A stretch of 64,000 nucleotides of DNA. It comes from a virus. This document shows, piece after piece, positions 7,852 through 18,900 of the stretch; the stretch's first letter is position 1; every line of letters starts with the position of its first letter. The notes below the pieces were generated by a model. It did no database searches. It was not told where the DNA came from and was given only the letters and a program-made list of their open reading frames with translations. The stretch spans positions 13,391 through 77,390 of IMG/VR virus record IMGVR_UViG_3300032288_002811; one strand, given 5' to 3'. The position numbers and the translations under genes were made by a program.

Positions 7852-9708
7852 TTAACAGTAAAATACTGTTTGGAAAGCTCCTAGTGTGAAAGATCCAGTG
7901 CCACTGGATGCTACATTAGTCATAATTTGTGTTGGGCTACTTCTTACTGTACTTGCAGCTGCCAGTTGACAACCATATAGTCCATCTCCCCAAGCATACA
8001 ATACTCCTCCAGTAGTTACAGCCATAGCATGTGATGAACCAGCATCAACTTTTGAAAAAGTTGTTCCTGGCATAAGTTGTACTGGACTACTTCTATTGAC
8101 TGTAGCTGTGTTTCCTCCATGATATGGTGCTAGACCCCAACCAAAAAGTCTTCCATTAATATCAATTGCAAATCCGGCATAACCGGCTGCTGCAATTTGA
8201 CTATAACTACTACCTGTCGGATAAAGCAAAGCAGCATTACTTTTGTTAACAGTAAGATTATCACCTAGATTTCCATAACCATTATAACCCATTGAAAATA
8301 CTCTACCTGTATTTTGTAACCAAGTTGTATGTGTAGCTCCACCAACCATTGCTACATAACTAGACGATACTAATACGGGAGTACTTGCATTTGCTATTGT
8401 TCCACTTCCTGTTTGACCATAAAGATTGTATCCCCAAGCATAAGATGCGCCAGCTGTTGTAATAGCATATGTAGTGCCTGCTGAACCTCTATTCAGATTA
8501 GTATATTGACATGCAGAACCAGTAAGATTACCTGCAATAATTTGTGGGTATATTCTGGTACCAGAATTGACACCTGTTCCACCGCCTGTTGAACCGTTAG
8601 CGTTATTTCCCCAAGTGTAACATAACAAATTACTATAACCTAATGCTATTGTATATTGATTGTATGCATCAGCTCCATAGTATAAATTACTAGGTGCGCC
8701 GGCAGTAGTTAATTGTACAGGACTACTTCGAGCACCGGCACCAGCGCTGGTATTATTACCCCACTGAGCGGCCGTGTTTACGCCCCATATCCATAGTGTA
8801 GCGTCCGATTTAAGTCCGTTGGTTACGACATTACCATAATAATTGTATGCCCATTGACCAAAAGTTGATATAGGTCCAACTAAATTTGCTCTATTTGTAC
8901 CAGAAGTAAATACTGCTGTTGATTTATTGACTGTTGTGTTGTCACCTAATTGGCCACCTGTATTTAATCCAAAAGCAACAGTAAAACGTTCATATAATGT
9001 TTGTGTGGCCGAAACACCAACTTGTGTTCCAAAGTTATCAGGTGAAACACCTACTGTAAAAGTCCGTTCATTACCACCAGAATCATAATTTGTTGTTGTT
9101 AAACTGATTGTACCAGTACCTGTAACAGAAGTAGTAAAAGAACCTGAACTAGTAGTAAAATGTGAAGATGATGTTCCACCATGATTAATTCGCCAATATA
9201 ATAATTGACTATTATAACCTGTACATGCAACTGCAAGGTTGAAAGTACCTAAGCCCGCTTGGCCACCTCTAAGACAAATGTTTGACTGCCCACGTATGGC
9301 CGCTGACCTAGTAACCGTTGCTGTTACAGTTGTAGAAGTATCATTAACTGTTACTGAAGCACTGGTTGCAATAACTGTTCCTGATATTGAATCTGTTCTA
9401 ATACTAACTGTAAATGTTTCTGCACCTTCAGTTGTAAAATCTGCAATTGGTGTAATAGAAAAAGTACCTGAAGAAGCTGAAACTGTAATTGTACCTGAAG
9501 TTGCAGAAAAATCTCCAGAAGATGTTGTTACATGATTGATTGTCCAATATAATGTACCACTAGCAAAATTCGTTGTTGTTATACCAAATGATCCAGCAGA
9601 ACCTTCGTTGATTGAAGATGGTGTAGTATTAAATGTGGCTGATGCACTTAATACACCACCTGCTGCACCAAAACCTAACGATTGACCTATACTAGAATAA
9701 CGAGGCAT
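7852..9708 (-). CDS. RCC1/BLIP-II beta-propeller protein with N-terminal Calx-beta/Ig-like domains; candidate fibre-tip adhesin
   Basis: SINEG...LYWTI...DFTTEGAETFTVSIR...VTVNDTS (Calx-beta-like, second degenerate copy follows); RCC1 repeats FGLNTGGQLGDNT, WGYNLYGQTGSG, GYNGYGNLGDNL, AGSSHAMAVTTGGVLYAWG. Confidence 0.8.
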   Translation of the reverse strand: MPRYSSIGQSLGFGAAGGVLSASATFNTTPSSINEGSAGSFGITTTNFASGTLYWTINHVTTSSGDFSATSGTITVSASSGTFSITPIADFTTEGAETFTVSIRTDSISGTVIATSASVTVNDTSTTVTATVTRSAAIRGQSNICLRGGQAGLGTFNLAVACTGYNSQLLYWRINHGGTSSSHFTTSSGSFTTSVTGTGTISLTTTNYDSGGNERTFTVGVSPDNFGTQVGVSATQTLYERFTVAFGLNTGGQLGDNTTVNKSTAVFTSGTNRANLVGPISTFGQWAYNYYGNVVTNGLKSDATLWIWGVNTAAQWGNNTSAGAGARSSPVQLTTAGAPSNLYYGADAYNQYTIALGYSNLLCYTWGNNANGSTGGGTGVNSGTRIYPQIIAGNLTGSACQYTNLNRGSAGTTYAITTAGASYAWGYNLYGQTGSGTIANASTPVLVSSSYVAMVGGATHTTWLQNTGRVFSMGYNGYGNLGDNLTVNKSNAALLYPTGSSYSQIAAAGYAGFAIDINGRLFGWGLAPYHGGNTATVNRSSPVQLMPGTTFSKVDAGSSHAMAVTTGGVLYAWGDGLYGCQLAAASTVRSSPTQIMTNVASSGTGSFTLGAFQTVFYC

Positions 9709-9711
9709 ATT

Positions 9712-12700
9712 TTATCCGTATGAGTTTAATTGGCCAAGAATTGTAAATGTACCGGAAACATTAATCAATGTAAATGTTATCACATCAACTCTATTTGCGA
9801 CACCAACACCCGTTGTAGCATTTAACCATTTAATAGTAGGTGTTGAACCATTAACTGATATACTATTAACAATATATGGTGTTGCGCCTTGTGCAATTAT
9901 ACAAACAAATGTTGATACACGACTTGAAGTATTATCTAAACCAGTAATTGTTGCGGTAATGTTACCACCAACGCCTGTATGATAAAATGTGGCACCTGTA
10001 GAGTAATCATATGTTGTTGCACCACTAGAACTTGATTTGGATTGAAAGTTTTCTTGTGATTGTTGGAAAACTGTGTTACTACTAAAGGTTACTAGACCAG
10101 ATACTGTACCACCAGCTTTTGGTAGTGCATTGTTAGCAGTTGTAAATGCAGAGTTGGCATATGAACCTGCACCTGTTGCATTTGTGCCAGCGGTATTAGC
10201 AATACCAAACGCTGCGTTAGCATATGAACCAGCAGACAATGCATTAGTTGCAGCAGTATTGGCTTGTGTGAAAGCACCATTAGCGTAACCAGCTGCAGCA
10301 GTTACATTATTAGCAGTTGAGAATGCGGCATTAGCATATGAACCAGCACTTGTTCCTTTGGCATCTGCTGTATTGGCTGCCGTGAAAGCACCGTTGGCAT
10401 ATGTACCAGCTGATACTGCCTTAGCATCAGCTGTGGAAGCATTAGTAGCTGCGGTATTTGATTGAGAGAAACTGGAATTGGCATATGATGCTGCAGAATT
10501 AGCTACGGCAAATCCAGAGTTGGCATATGAACTTGCTGAAGCAGATGAAGCAGCATTAGCTGCTGTGAATGCACCGTTAGCATACGATGCAGCTGAGTTA
10601 GCAACATAACTTGGAGTATTGGCCGATAGGAAAGCAGAGTTAGCATATGAACTAGCAGCAGTTACGTTATTGGCTTGAGTGAATGCACCGTTGGCATACA
10701 ACGCAGCTGAGTTGGCAACATTACTCGGAGTGTTAGCTGTTAAGAATGCTGAGTTGGCATATGAACTAGCAGCAGTTATGTTATTAGCAATACCAAATGC
10801 TGAGTTAGCATATACACCAGCAGAATTGGCAGAAATGAAGGCACCATTTGCATATGAACTTGCTGAAGCAGATGACGCTGCATTAGCAGCTGTAAAAGCA
10901 CCGTTAGCATATACACCAGCAGATGTTGCGGTATTGGCTTGTGTGAAGGCACCGTTAGCATACGATGCAGCTGAGTTGGCAGTATAACTTGGAGTATTAG
11001 CCTGTAAGAAGGCAGAGTTAGCATATGAACTTGCTGAAGCAGATGAAGCTGCATTAGCTGCTGCAAAGGCACCGTTAGCATACGATGCAGCTGAGTTGGC
11101 AGTATAACTTGGAGTATTAGCAGTTAAGAATGCTGAGTTGGCATATGAACTTGCTGAAGCAGATGAAGCTGCATTAGCTGCTGCAAAGGCACCGTTAGCA
11201 TATGAACCTGCACCTACTGCTTTAGAGTCTGCCGTATTAGCTGCAATGAAAGCACCATTAGCATATATTGCAGCAGGAACAACACTCTCAAAAGCACTAT
11301 TTGCAACATTAAAAGCGGATGTTGCATTCAAAGCAGCAGTATTGGCAACTGTAAATGCTGAATTGGCATATGATCCAGATGTTACTGCCTTAGCATCCGC
11401 TGTTGCAGCATTAGTTGTTGCGGTATTGGCTTGTGTGAAGGCACCATTCGCATACACACCAGCAGACGTTGCAGTATTAGCTTGAGTGAAGGCACCGTTA
11501 GCATATATGGCTGCCGAGTTAGCAACATAACTTGGAGTATTGGCCGCTAGGAATGCAGAGTTGGCATAAACACCTGCCGAAGATGCACCACTTGCTGAGT
11601 TAGCAGCCGCAAAGGCCGCATTTGCATATGAACTAGAAGAATTAGCAACAGTAAAAGCACCGTTAGCATATACACCTGCCGAAGCTGCACCACTTGCTGA
11701 GTTAGCAGCCGCAAATGCCGAGTTGGCATAAGAACCAGCAGTTACTGCCTTAGCATCGGCCGTGTTAGCACCAGCGAATGCTGAGTTGGCATAAACACCT
11801 GCTGGTGTTGCTGTGTTAGCCTGTAAGAAGGCCGCATTTGCATATGAACCAGCAGAGTTTGCACCAGCATATGCATTGATTAAGTCACTAGACCATCCTG
11901 TATCATAGTTTGTTGAACTGTTCTTAACTAATACTTGACCTGTAGTACCACCAGAAGCAACACCATTACCAGTTGCGCCTGTGGTACCAGTTGCACCAGT
12001 TGGTCCACGTGGACCTTGGCCACCAGTTACTGTTTGTTCAAGTGCAAAATAATCTATCTTGGATGCATGTCCTGTATTACCAGCATTGCTGTGATATAAA
12101 CGAGCTTGAACTGCACCAGCAGAAATATAAGATGTATAACCTAATACTTCAAGTGCATATTGTGCATAACCATTGGCACCAGAATATGAACCAATATTGT
12201 CCCATGAAGATGTGGAATTGTTATAAATTTGGAAATAAATTATATGACCAGATGCTGGTGTGTAATCAATATTTGCAACGATTCGGTTGAATGATGTTAT
12301 ACCACTAAATGTAAATGTAATAATCCACGCAGGACCACTACCATTACCATCAGTTATTTGATATGAATTGCCATCATTCAATGTTTGTGTATCGGTTACA
12401 GAACCAGAAACATAAACACCATTAGTTAATGACAAACTGTCCGCTGTATATGAAGTTGTTGCTGGAGCTTCAATATCTGCAAAACTCAATACACCCGTAC
12501 CATCAGTAATTAAATATTGACCTGGTGCACCACCATAAATGTGTAAGTTGTCAACTACACCAAGTGCAACATTGGCTCCAACAGAATTCACATTACCAGA
12601 AATCTTAAATGCATTGTTTGATGTGAAGTATTCTAAGTTGCTTGTGTTACTTAAATAACCATTATTGTTGGCAAAAATTATAGTATTTGCTTTCCAGCCA

Positions 12701-14274
12701 CTTACTTGTGTTGCGTTGTTTGATTGAGTAAAAGCTGCATTAGCATATGAACCCGCACTTGTTGCTTTAGTATCTGCTGTATTGGCTGCTGTAAATGCAC
12801 CATTCGCATAAACACCAGCAGCAGTTGCCGTGTTGGCTTGTGTGAAAGCACCATTTGCATATGCAGCTGCAGAATTTGCCGTGTAACTTGGTGTATTGGC
12901 TGCTAAGAATGCCGAGTTGGCATATGAACCAGATGCACCACCTGCTGTATTAGCAACAGCAAATGCTGAGTTTGCATACGAACCAGCAGTTACTGCTTTA
13001 GCATCTGCGGTATTGGCCACACCAAATGCCGTATTGGCATATGTGCCAGAATTTACTGCCTTGGTATCAGCAGTATTAGCAGCAGTAAAAGCGCCGTTGG
13101 CATAAGAACCTGCTGATACACTAGTATTAGCCGCACTAAATGCCGAATTGGCATATGAACCTGATGCTACTGATTTGGCATCGGCTGTATTGGCTGCCGT
13201 GAAAGCACCGTTGGCATAAGAAGCTGCTGAAGTGATATTGGTGTTTTGTGTTAAATCAATACCAACACCGTTATTAGCTGACAAGAATGCTGAGTTGGCA
13301 TATGAACCTGCTGAATTGGCTGTACCAAAAGCACCATTAGCATATACACCTGAAGATGTTCCACTTAATGAGGCTGTATTGGCTGTTGCAAATGCACCGT
13401 TGGCATATATCGCAGCTGAGTTAGCCACACCAAATGCCGTATTGGCATATGTGCCAGAATTTACTGCCTTAGTGTCAGCAGTATTAGCAGCAGTATAACC
13501 TGAATTGGCATATGAACTGGCTGCTAATCCATTTGTATAAGCTGTGTTTGCTTGAGTATATGCGGAGTTGGCATAAGAACCTGCGGTGTTTCCTTTGTCA
13601 TATGCATTTGCAATAACACCAGCAGTATCAACACCACCGATTGTTATCTTACTAGCAATTACATTTGCTTTGACCACATTTGCGGCCACATTTGCATACT
13701 TGAATGATGAGTCAGTAACAATAATATTATTATTTGGTAATACTTCAGGTGTATATTCTTCAAAGAACATCCATTCTTTGGTGCCTGCATCTCTAATAAT
13801 ACCTGTATGAGCATTTACACCATTATTATAATGTGCTGCAAAACCAATATCAATTACATCAGATGTATAATTACCAATACCCATAATAAACATCGAATCA
13901 TTTACAACAAATGAATTTGTATTGATGTTTGTAGTATTACCAAGAATGTTTAAGTTGCCGGTAACTGTTAGGTTTTGATTTACGTTTAAAGAACCTGTAA
14001 TTGTACCACCAGTTAATGGTAATGCATTGTTAGCTGCATCAAACGCTGATTGACCGGTAGTATCACTTTTTTGTACTAGGTCACCATCAGCAGTTCCAGA
14101 TTTCCACCAGTATTCAACAACTGGAGAAGAACCAATACCAACAGTCAAACCAAGATAACGATTTCCAACAGACACAGAACTCTTAGCAGTAGCTGTATCT
14201 GCATATGGACCGTACCTAGAATCGGTCGATAAAGGTGCTTGTATACTTAGATTGTCGTTTAGGGTAATTGCCAT
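9712..14274 (-). CDS. Fibre protein, 1520 aa: Ala/Asn heptad repeats, knob module, central beta-sandwich, short collagen-like stretch, C-terminal beta domain
   Basis: YAN(S/G/A)AF repeats; GGQGPRGPTGATGTTGATG followed by GGTTGQVLVKNSSTNYDTGW; C-terminal TIKWLN...DVITFTL. Confidence 0.75.
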   Translation of the reverse strand: MAITLNDNLSIQAPLSTDSRYGPYADTATAKSSVSVGNRYLGLTVGIGSSPVVEYWWKSGTADGDLVQKSDTTGQSAFDAANNALPLTGGTITGSLNVNQNLTVTGNLNILGNTTNINTNSFVVNDSMFIMGIGNYTSDVIDIGFAAHYNNGVNAHTGIIRDAGTKEWMFFEEYTPEVLPNNNIIVTDSSFKYANVAANVVKANVIASKITIGGVDTAGVIANAYDKGNTAGSYANSAYTQANTAYTNGLAASSYANSGYTAANTADTKAVNSGTYANTAFGVANSAAIYANGAFATANTASLSGTSSGVYANGAFGTANSAGSYANSAFLSANNGVGIDLTQNTNITSAASYANGAFTAANTADAKSVASGSYANSAFSAANTSVSAGSYANGAFTAANTADTKAVNSGTYANTAFGVANTADAKAVTAGSYANSAFAVANTAGGASGSYANSAFLAANTPSYTANSAAAYANGAFTQANTATAAGVYANGAFTAANTADTKATSAGSYANAAFTQSNNATQVSGWKANTIIFANNNGYLSNTSNLEYFTSNNAFKISGNVNSVGANVALGVVDNLHIYGGAPGQYLITDGTGVLSFADIEAPATTSYTADSLSLTNGVYVSGSVTDTQTLNDGNSYQITDGNGSGPAWIITFTFSGITSFNRIVANIDYTPASGHIIYFQIYNNSTSSWDNIGSYSGANGYAQYALEVLGYTSYISAGAVQARLYHSNAGNTGHASKIDYFALEQTVTGGQGPRGPTGATGTTGATGNGVASGGTTGQVLVKNSSTNYDTGWSSDLINAYAGANSAGSYANAAFLQANTATPAGVYANSAFAGANTADAKAVTAGSYANSAFAAANSASGAASAGVYANGAFTVANSSSSYANAAFAAANSASGASSAGVYANSAFLAANTPSYVANSAAIYANGAFTQANTATSAGVYANGAFTQANTATTNAATADAKAVTSGSYANSAFTVANTAALNATSAFNVANSAFESVVPAAIYANGAFIAANTADSKAVGAGSYANGAFAAANAASSASASSYANSAFLTANTPSYTANSAASYANGAFAAANAASSASASSYANSAFLQANTPSYTANSAASYANGAFTQANTATSAGVYANGAFTAANAASSASASSYANGAFISANSAGVYANSAFGIANNITAASSYANSAFLTANTPSNVANSAALYANGAFTQANNVTAASSYANSAFLSANTPSYVANSAASYANGAFTAANAASSASASSYANSGFAVANSAASYANSSFSQSNTAATNASTADAKAVSAGTYANGAFTAANTADAKGTSAGSYANAAFSTANNVTAAAGYANGAFTQANTAATNALSAGSYANAAFGIANTAGTNATGAGSYANSAFTTANNALPKAGGTVSGLVTFSSNTVFQQSQENFQSKSSSSGATTYDYSTGATFYHTGVGGNITATITGLDNTSSRVSTFVCIIAQGATPYIVNSISVNGSTPTIKWLNATTGVGVANRVDVITFTLINVSGTFTILGQLNSYG

Positions 14275-14277
14275 GTC

Positions 14278-15930
14278 TTAACTCAATGTTATTGAACCGC
14301 TAGTTGTTGTTGCGAAGCCTGATATGTATATCTTATATGATACTCCAGTCCAATATGAACTTGGTGAAGTAACGTTTTGTGTTACAGGTCCCAAAATGAA
14401 TTGGCCTGAACCGATACTACCATTATTTAGAGCAGTATTATACCAAGAAGTTTTGGTTGAATAACTAGCAGGTACTGCAAACCATACATATTGTCCACTA
14501 GCATTCCATGTGATTGATATTGAACCAGATGAATCGGAAACAACTTTGTTTGTTGTGCCTGCTTCAATTGCAGCTGCGATAGAAGAACCTGTTGGTTGCG
14601 ATGAGGCCACACCCCAGAAGTATGGATAAATTCCAGTAGTAGATGTACTACCACCAGAGAAAGAATTTTGTGCAGCTTGTGGATTGGTAGTTAACAATAC
14701 AGCAGCTGTATTACTATCAGTACCACCTTTGTTATTTAATTTTGCTACACCAGCACTATAGTTTCCATCACCAGCCCAAGTTGTTGTACCATTAACAATC
14801 GTAAATGTATCTGTATAAGAAGCTGTGTAAGAATAGTTTTGATTATTTGGATCTTCATAACCAAACTGAGAAGCAACATTAGATGTAGTAGAACTTGTTG
14901 GATTTGTACATGCAGAAATTTGACTTCCATCACGTGTGAAACGTAATTGTGTAAACGGTCCTGCATCATTCTTAATACCAGTCAACGTCATTGATTGATT
15001 GACAGAAACACCAATTTCATATGTACCAGAAACACTTGGTGAGAATGAAAGTGTTGGTACTGTGTAAGATGGTCCTAATGTTGGGAATAATATTGCGTCT
15101 AATGCTTGCACGATTGTATATGTTTTCCATGTTGATGCTGGCGTAGGAGCTGCACCACCAACTTGAATGCTTGTAACTGAATTGGCAATTGATGTATTAT
15201 ATGATAATGCATTATTGGCTTGCAAGAATGCTGCATTGGCTGTTTGTCTTGCAAAAGAATCTTGTGCAGTCGCCGCAGCTGAAGATGCTGAATTTGCCGC
15301 ATCAAAAGCTAAGTTAGCAAAAGTGCTGGCAGAGTTAGCTGCTTGGAATGCACCATTAGCATAATTGGTCGCAGCGATTACATTATTTGCAATTGCAAAA
15401 GCAGCATTGGCATATGTGCCGGAGTTTATTGCTCTAACATCAGCAGTATTAGCAGCTGTAAATGCACCATTGGCATAACCGGATGCTGAATTTGCCGTGT
15501 AACTTGGCGTGTTGGCTTGTAAGAATGCTGAGTTAGCATAATCACCAGAAGAATTCGCAGCCGTAAATGCTGAATTGGCTTGTGTTCTAACCCATAAATC
15601 AGTAGAATTATTTGCTTTATCGAATGCAGCATTAGCATACAATGCAGCCGAATTGGCGGTATAACTTGGTGTGTTGGCTTGTAAGAATGCTGAATTGGCA
15701 TATGAACCAGCTGCGCTACCTGAAGCAATATTAGCAACTGCAAAAGCAGAATTGGCATATACACCTGCAGAATTTGCTGTTGTGAATGCTGAATTGGATT
15801 GTGTTCTGGCAAAACTATCAAGTATAGTATTTGCTACTACTTTCCAAGCGTTATTGGCCTCATTGTAAATGTATGTTTTTCCATTTACAATTGTTGTTTC
15901 GTTATCTGAAGGTGATGTTGGGAATGCCAT
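14278..15930 (-). CDS. Fibre/connector protein, 550 aa
   Basis: N-terminal MAFPTSPS...NGKTYIYN...AWK, ~200 aa of heptad repeats, C-terminal Ig-like domain with YPYFWG/YVWFAVP. Confidence 0.7.
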   Translation of the reverse strand: MAFPTSPSDNETTIVNGKTYIYNEANNAWKVVANTILDSFARTQSNSAFTTANSAGVYANSAFAVANIASGSAAGSYANSAFLQANTPSYTANSAALYANAAFDKANNSTDLWVRTQANSAFTAANSSGDYANSAFLQANTPSYTANSASGYANGAFTAANTADVRAINSGTYANAAFAIANNVIAATNYANGAFQAANSASTFANLAFDAANSASSAAATAQDSFARQTANAAFLQANNALSYNTSIANSVTSIQVGGAAPTPASTWKTYTIVQALDAILFPTLGPSYTVPTLSFSPSVSGTYEIGVSVNQSMTLTGIKNDAGPFTQLRFTRDGSQISACTNPTSSTTSNVASQFGYEDPNNQNYSYTASYTDTFTIVNGTTTWAGDGNYSAGVAKLNNKGGTDSNTAAVLLTTNPQAAQNSFSGGSTSTTGIYPYFWGVASSQPTGSSIAAAIEAGTTNKVVSDSSGSISITWNASGQYVWFAVPASYSTKTSWYNTALNNGSIGSGQFILGPVTQNVTSPSSYWTGVSYKIYISGFATTTSGSITLS

Positions 15931-15950
15931 ATTGTTTTTTGCTTATTATT

Positions 15951-15958
15951 TATTTAGA
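15951..15958 (-). promoter_or_regulatory. Late promoter variant (TCTAAATA; overlapping AATAAATA at 15947-15954)
   Basis: TAAATA motif in the short intergenic gap upstream of 15930. Confidence 0.55.
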
Positions 15959-15962
15959 TAAT

Positions 15963-18900
15963 TCAATTATATTTCCAGCCTGAAGATGATATATCGATCC
16001 AAACATTTGATAATCCATCGTATATATATTCGTACAAAATATCATCATTTGAAGACCACCATTGGTCACCTGCCTTAGCAGAACCTGGTGAATTAATTGA
16101 AACAGTATATGTTATACCAGATGGTGTGTTGGCTTTTGCAAATGCGGAGTTAGCATATGAACCTGCTGAATTGGCAGCAATGAATGCGGAGTTTGCCTGA
16201 GTTCTAACCCATGCATCAGATGCATTGTTAGCAGCTGCAAATGCTGAGTTGGCATATACACCAGCAGAGTTGGCAGTAGTAAACGATCCATTAGCATACA
16301 ACGCAGCCGAATTGGCAACATCACTTGGAGTATTAGCAGTTAAGAATGCTGAGTTGGCAGTAGTAAACGATCCATTAGCATACAACGCAGCCGAATTGGC
16401 AACATCACTTGGAGTATTTGCGCTTAAGAAGGCAGAGTTGGCATATACACTAGCAGAATTTGCAGTAGTAAATGCACCATTAGCATATACACCTGCTGAT
16501 GTTGCACTGTTTGCAGTTGTAAATGCAGAGTTGGCATATACACCAGCAGAATTTGCAGAACTATAAGCAGAATTGGCATATACACCACTTGAGTTAGCAG
16601 CAATAAAGGATGCGTTTGCATATGCACCAGCACTTTCGGCCTTATCATTTGCGGTGTTAGCAATACTAAATGCGGAGTTGGCATAATCACCAGCAGTTAC
16701 TGCCTTTGGTTCACTATTAGCTTGTGTGAATGCACCATTTGCATATAAAGATGCAGAGTTAGCAACACCAAACGAAGAGTTGGCATAATCACCAGCAGTT
16801 ACTGCTTTAGCATCAGCAACATTGGCAGCAGTGAAGGCACCGTTAGCGTATAGTGATGATGAATTAGCAACACCGAATGATGAGTTAGCATAGTTACCGG
16901 CTGTGACTGCTTTGGCATCAGCAACATTAGCTGCTGAGAAAGCACCGTTAGCATATAGTGATGCTGAATTAGCGACTTCAAAACCAGAATTTGCTTGTAC
17001 AAAAGCACCATTTGCATAAAAAGATGCTGAGTTAGCAACTTTTGATACTAAACCCATATCTAATGTATCACCATTAGGTGAAGTAATTGATAATGAGCCT
17101 GAACCGGTGTTACTTAATTTGATACCATCAACATTAATAGAACCTGGACCAACATACAAATCTCGCCAAACATAATCTGCATTACCTAACTGATAAGTAT
17201 TTGTTACTGTTGGTAGGATATTTGCTGTCATCAGCAAGTCACCCGTCATTGTGTCACCAGATTTACTTAACTTTGTATTAGCTGTTGCAAATGCACCGTT
17301 AGCATATACCGCTGCTGAGTTGGCAGTATAGCTTGGTGTATTTGCTTGTAAGAAGGCAGCATTTGCGTACAGTGATGCAGAGTTAGCGACACCAAATGAA
17401 CTATTAGCATATGAACCTGCTGTAACTGCCTTAGCATCAGCAACATTAGCTGCTGAGAAAGCACCGTTGGCATATAAAGATGCGGAGTTAGCGACACCAA
17501 ATGAACTATTAGCATATGAACCAGCAGTTACTGCCTTGGCATCTGCTGTAGCAGCATTAATAGTCGCTGTATTTGCTTGGTCATATGCAGAGTTAGCATA
17601 TACACCAGCAGTTACTGCTTTAGCATCTGCTGTATTGGCTGCCGTGAATGCACCGTTGGCATATAAAGATGCTGAATTGGCAACACCAAATGAACTATTA
17701 GCATACGAACCTGCTGTAACTGCTTTAGAATCTGCCGTAGCAGCATTAGTGGTTGCTGTGTTTGCTTGGCCATATGCTGAATTGGCATAGACACCAGCTG
17801 TGACTGCTTTTGAATCTGCCGTAGCAGCATTAGTGGTTGCTGTGTTTGCTTGGCTATATGCAGAGTTAGCATATGAACCAGATGTTACTGCCTTGGCATC
17901 AGCGGTGTTGGAAGATATGAATGCTGAATTGGCATACGAAGCAGCAGAGGTTGCTCTATCAAGTGAAGAATTTGCGATAGAAAAAGCAGCATTCGCATAA
18001 CTTCCAGCATTTACTGCTTTAATATCAGCAGTATTAGCAGTTGCAAATGCACCATTGGCATAATCAGATGCTGAATTGGCCGTGTAACTTGGTGTATTTG
18101 CTTGTAAGAAAGCCGCATTGGCATAACTTCCAGCATTTACTGCATTGGTATCAGCAGTATTAGCAGTTGCAAATGCAGAGTTAGCATAAGAACCAGAAGT
18201 TACTGCCTTAGCATCAGCTGTTGCAGCATTAGTTGTTGCTGTATTCGCCTGAGTGAAACCTGAGTTGGCATAACTAGCAGCACTTGTTGATTTAGAATCT
18301 GCGGTATTGGCTGCACCAAAGGCTGCATTAGCATACGTGCCAGAATTTACTGCCTTGGTGTCTGCTGTATTGGCTGCATCAAATGCTGAGTTGGCATATT
18401 GAGAAGCACCAGCTGCATTGTTTGCTGCTGTGTTTGCTTGCGTGTATGCATTTCCAATATAAGAAGCTACATTGACCTGGCCAAGTGTAATATGGTCTGC
18501 TTCCAAATCACCTTTAAATCTCCATGCTTGAACGTTTGCAAGATGAAAACTAGCATCAAGAAGATTAATTAGATTATTTGATTGAATTTCAGGTGTATAA
18601 CCTTGGAAGAAAATCCATTCCTTTTCATTTGGATCTCTGAATATACCTGTGTGAGCACCAGAACTTGTATCAGTATCATAATAATGTCCAATAATACCAA
18701 TGTCAACTGCATCTGATGCATAATTACCATTTGCTAAGTATATTAAAGAATCACCTAATGTAATACTTTGTGTGCTAATTGTTGTTGTATTACCAAGAAC
18801 TGTTAAATTACCACTAATTGTTGCATCACCAGTAACACTTAAATTACCTGTAATTGTACCACCAGATGCAGATAATGCTGTATTGGCTGCATCAAAAGCT

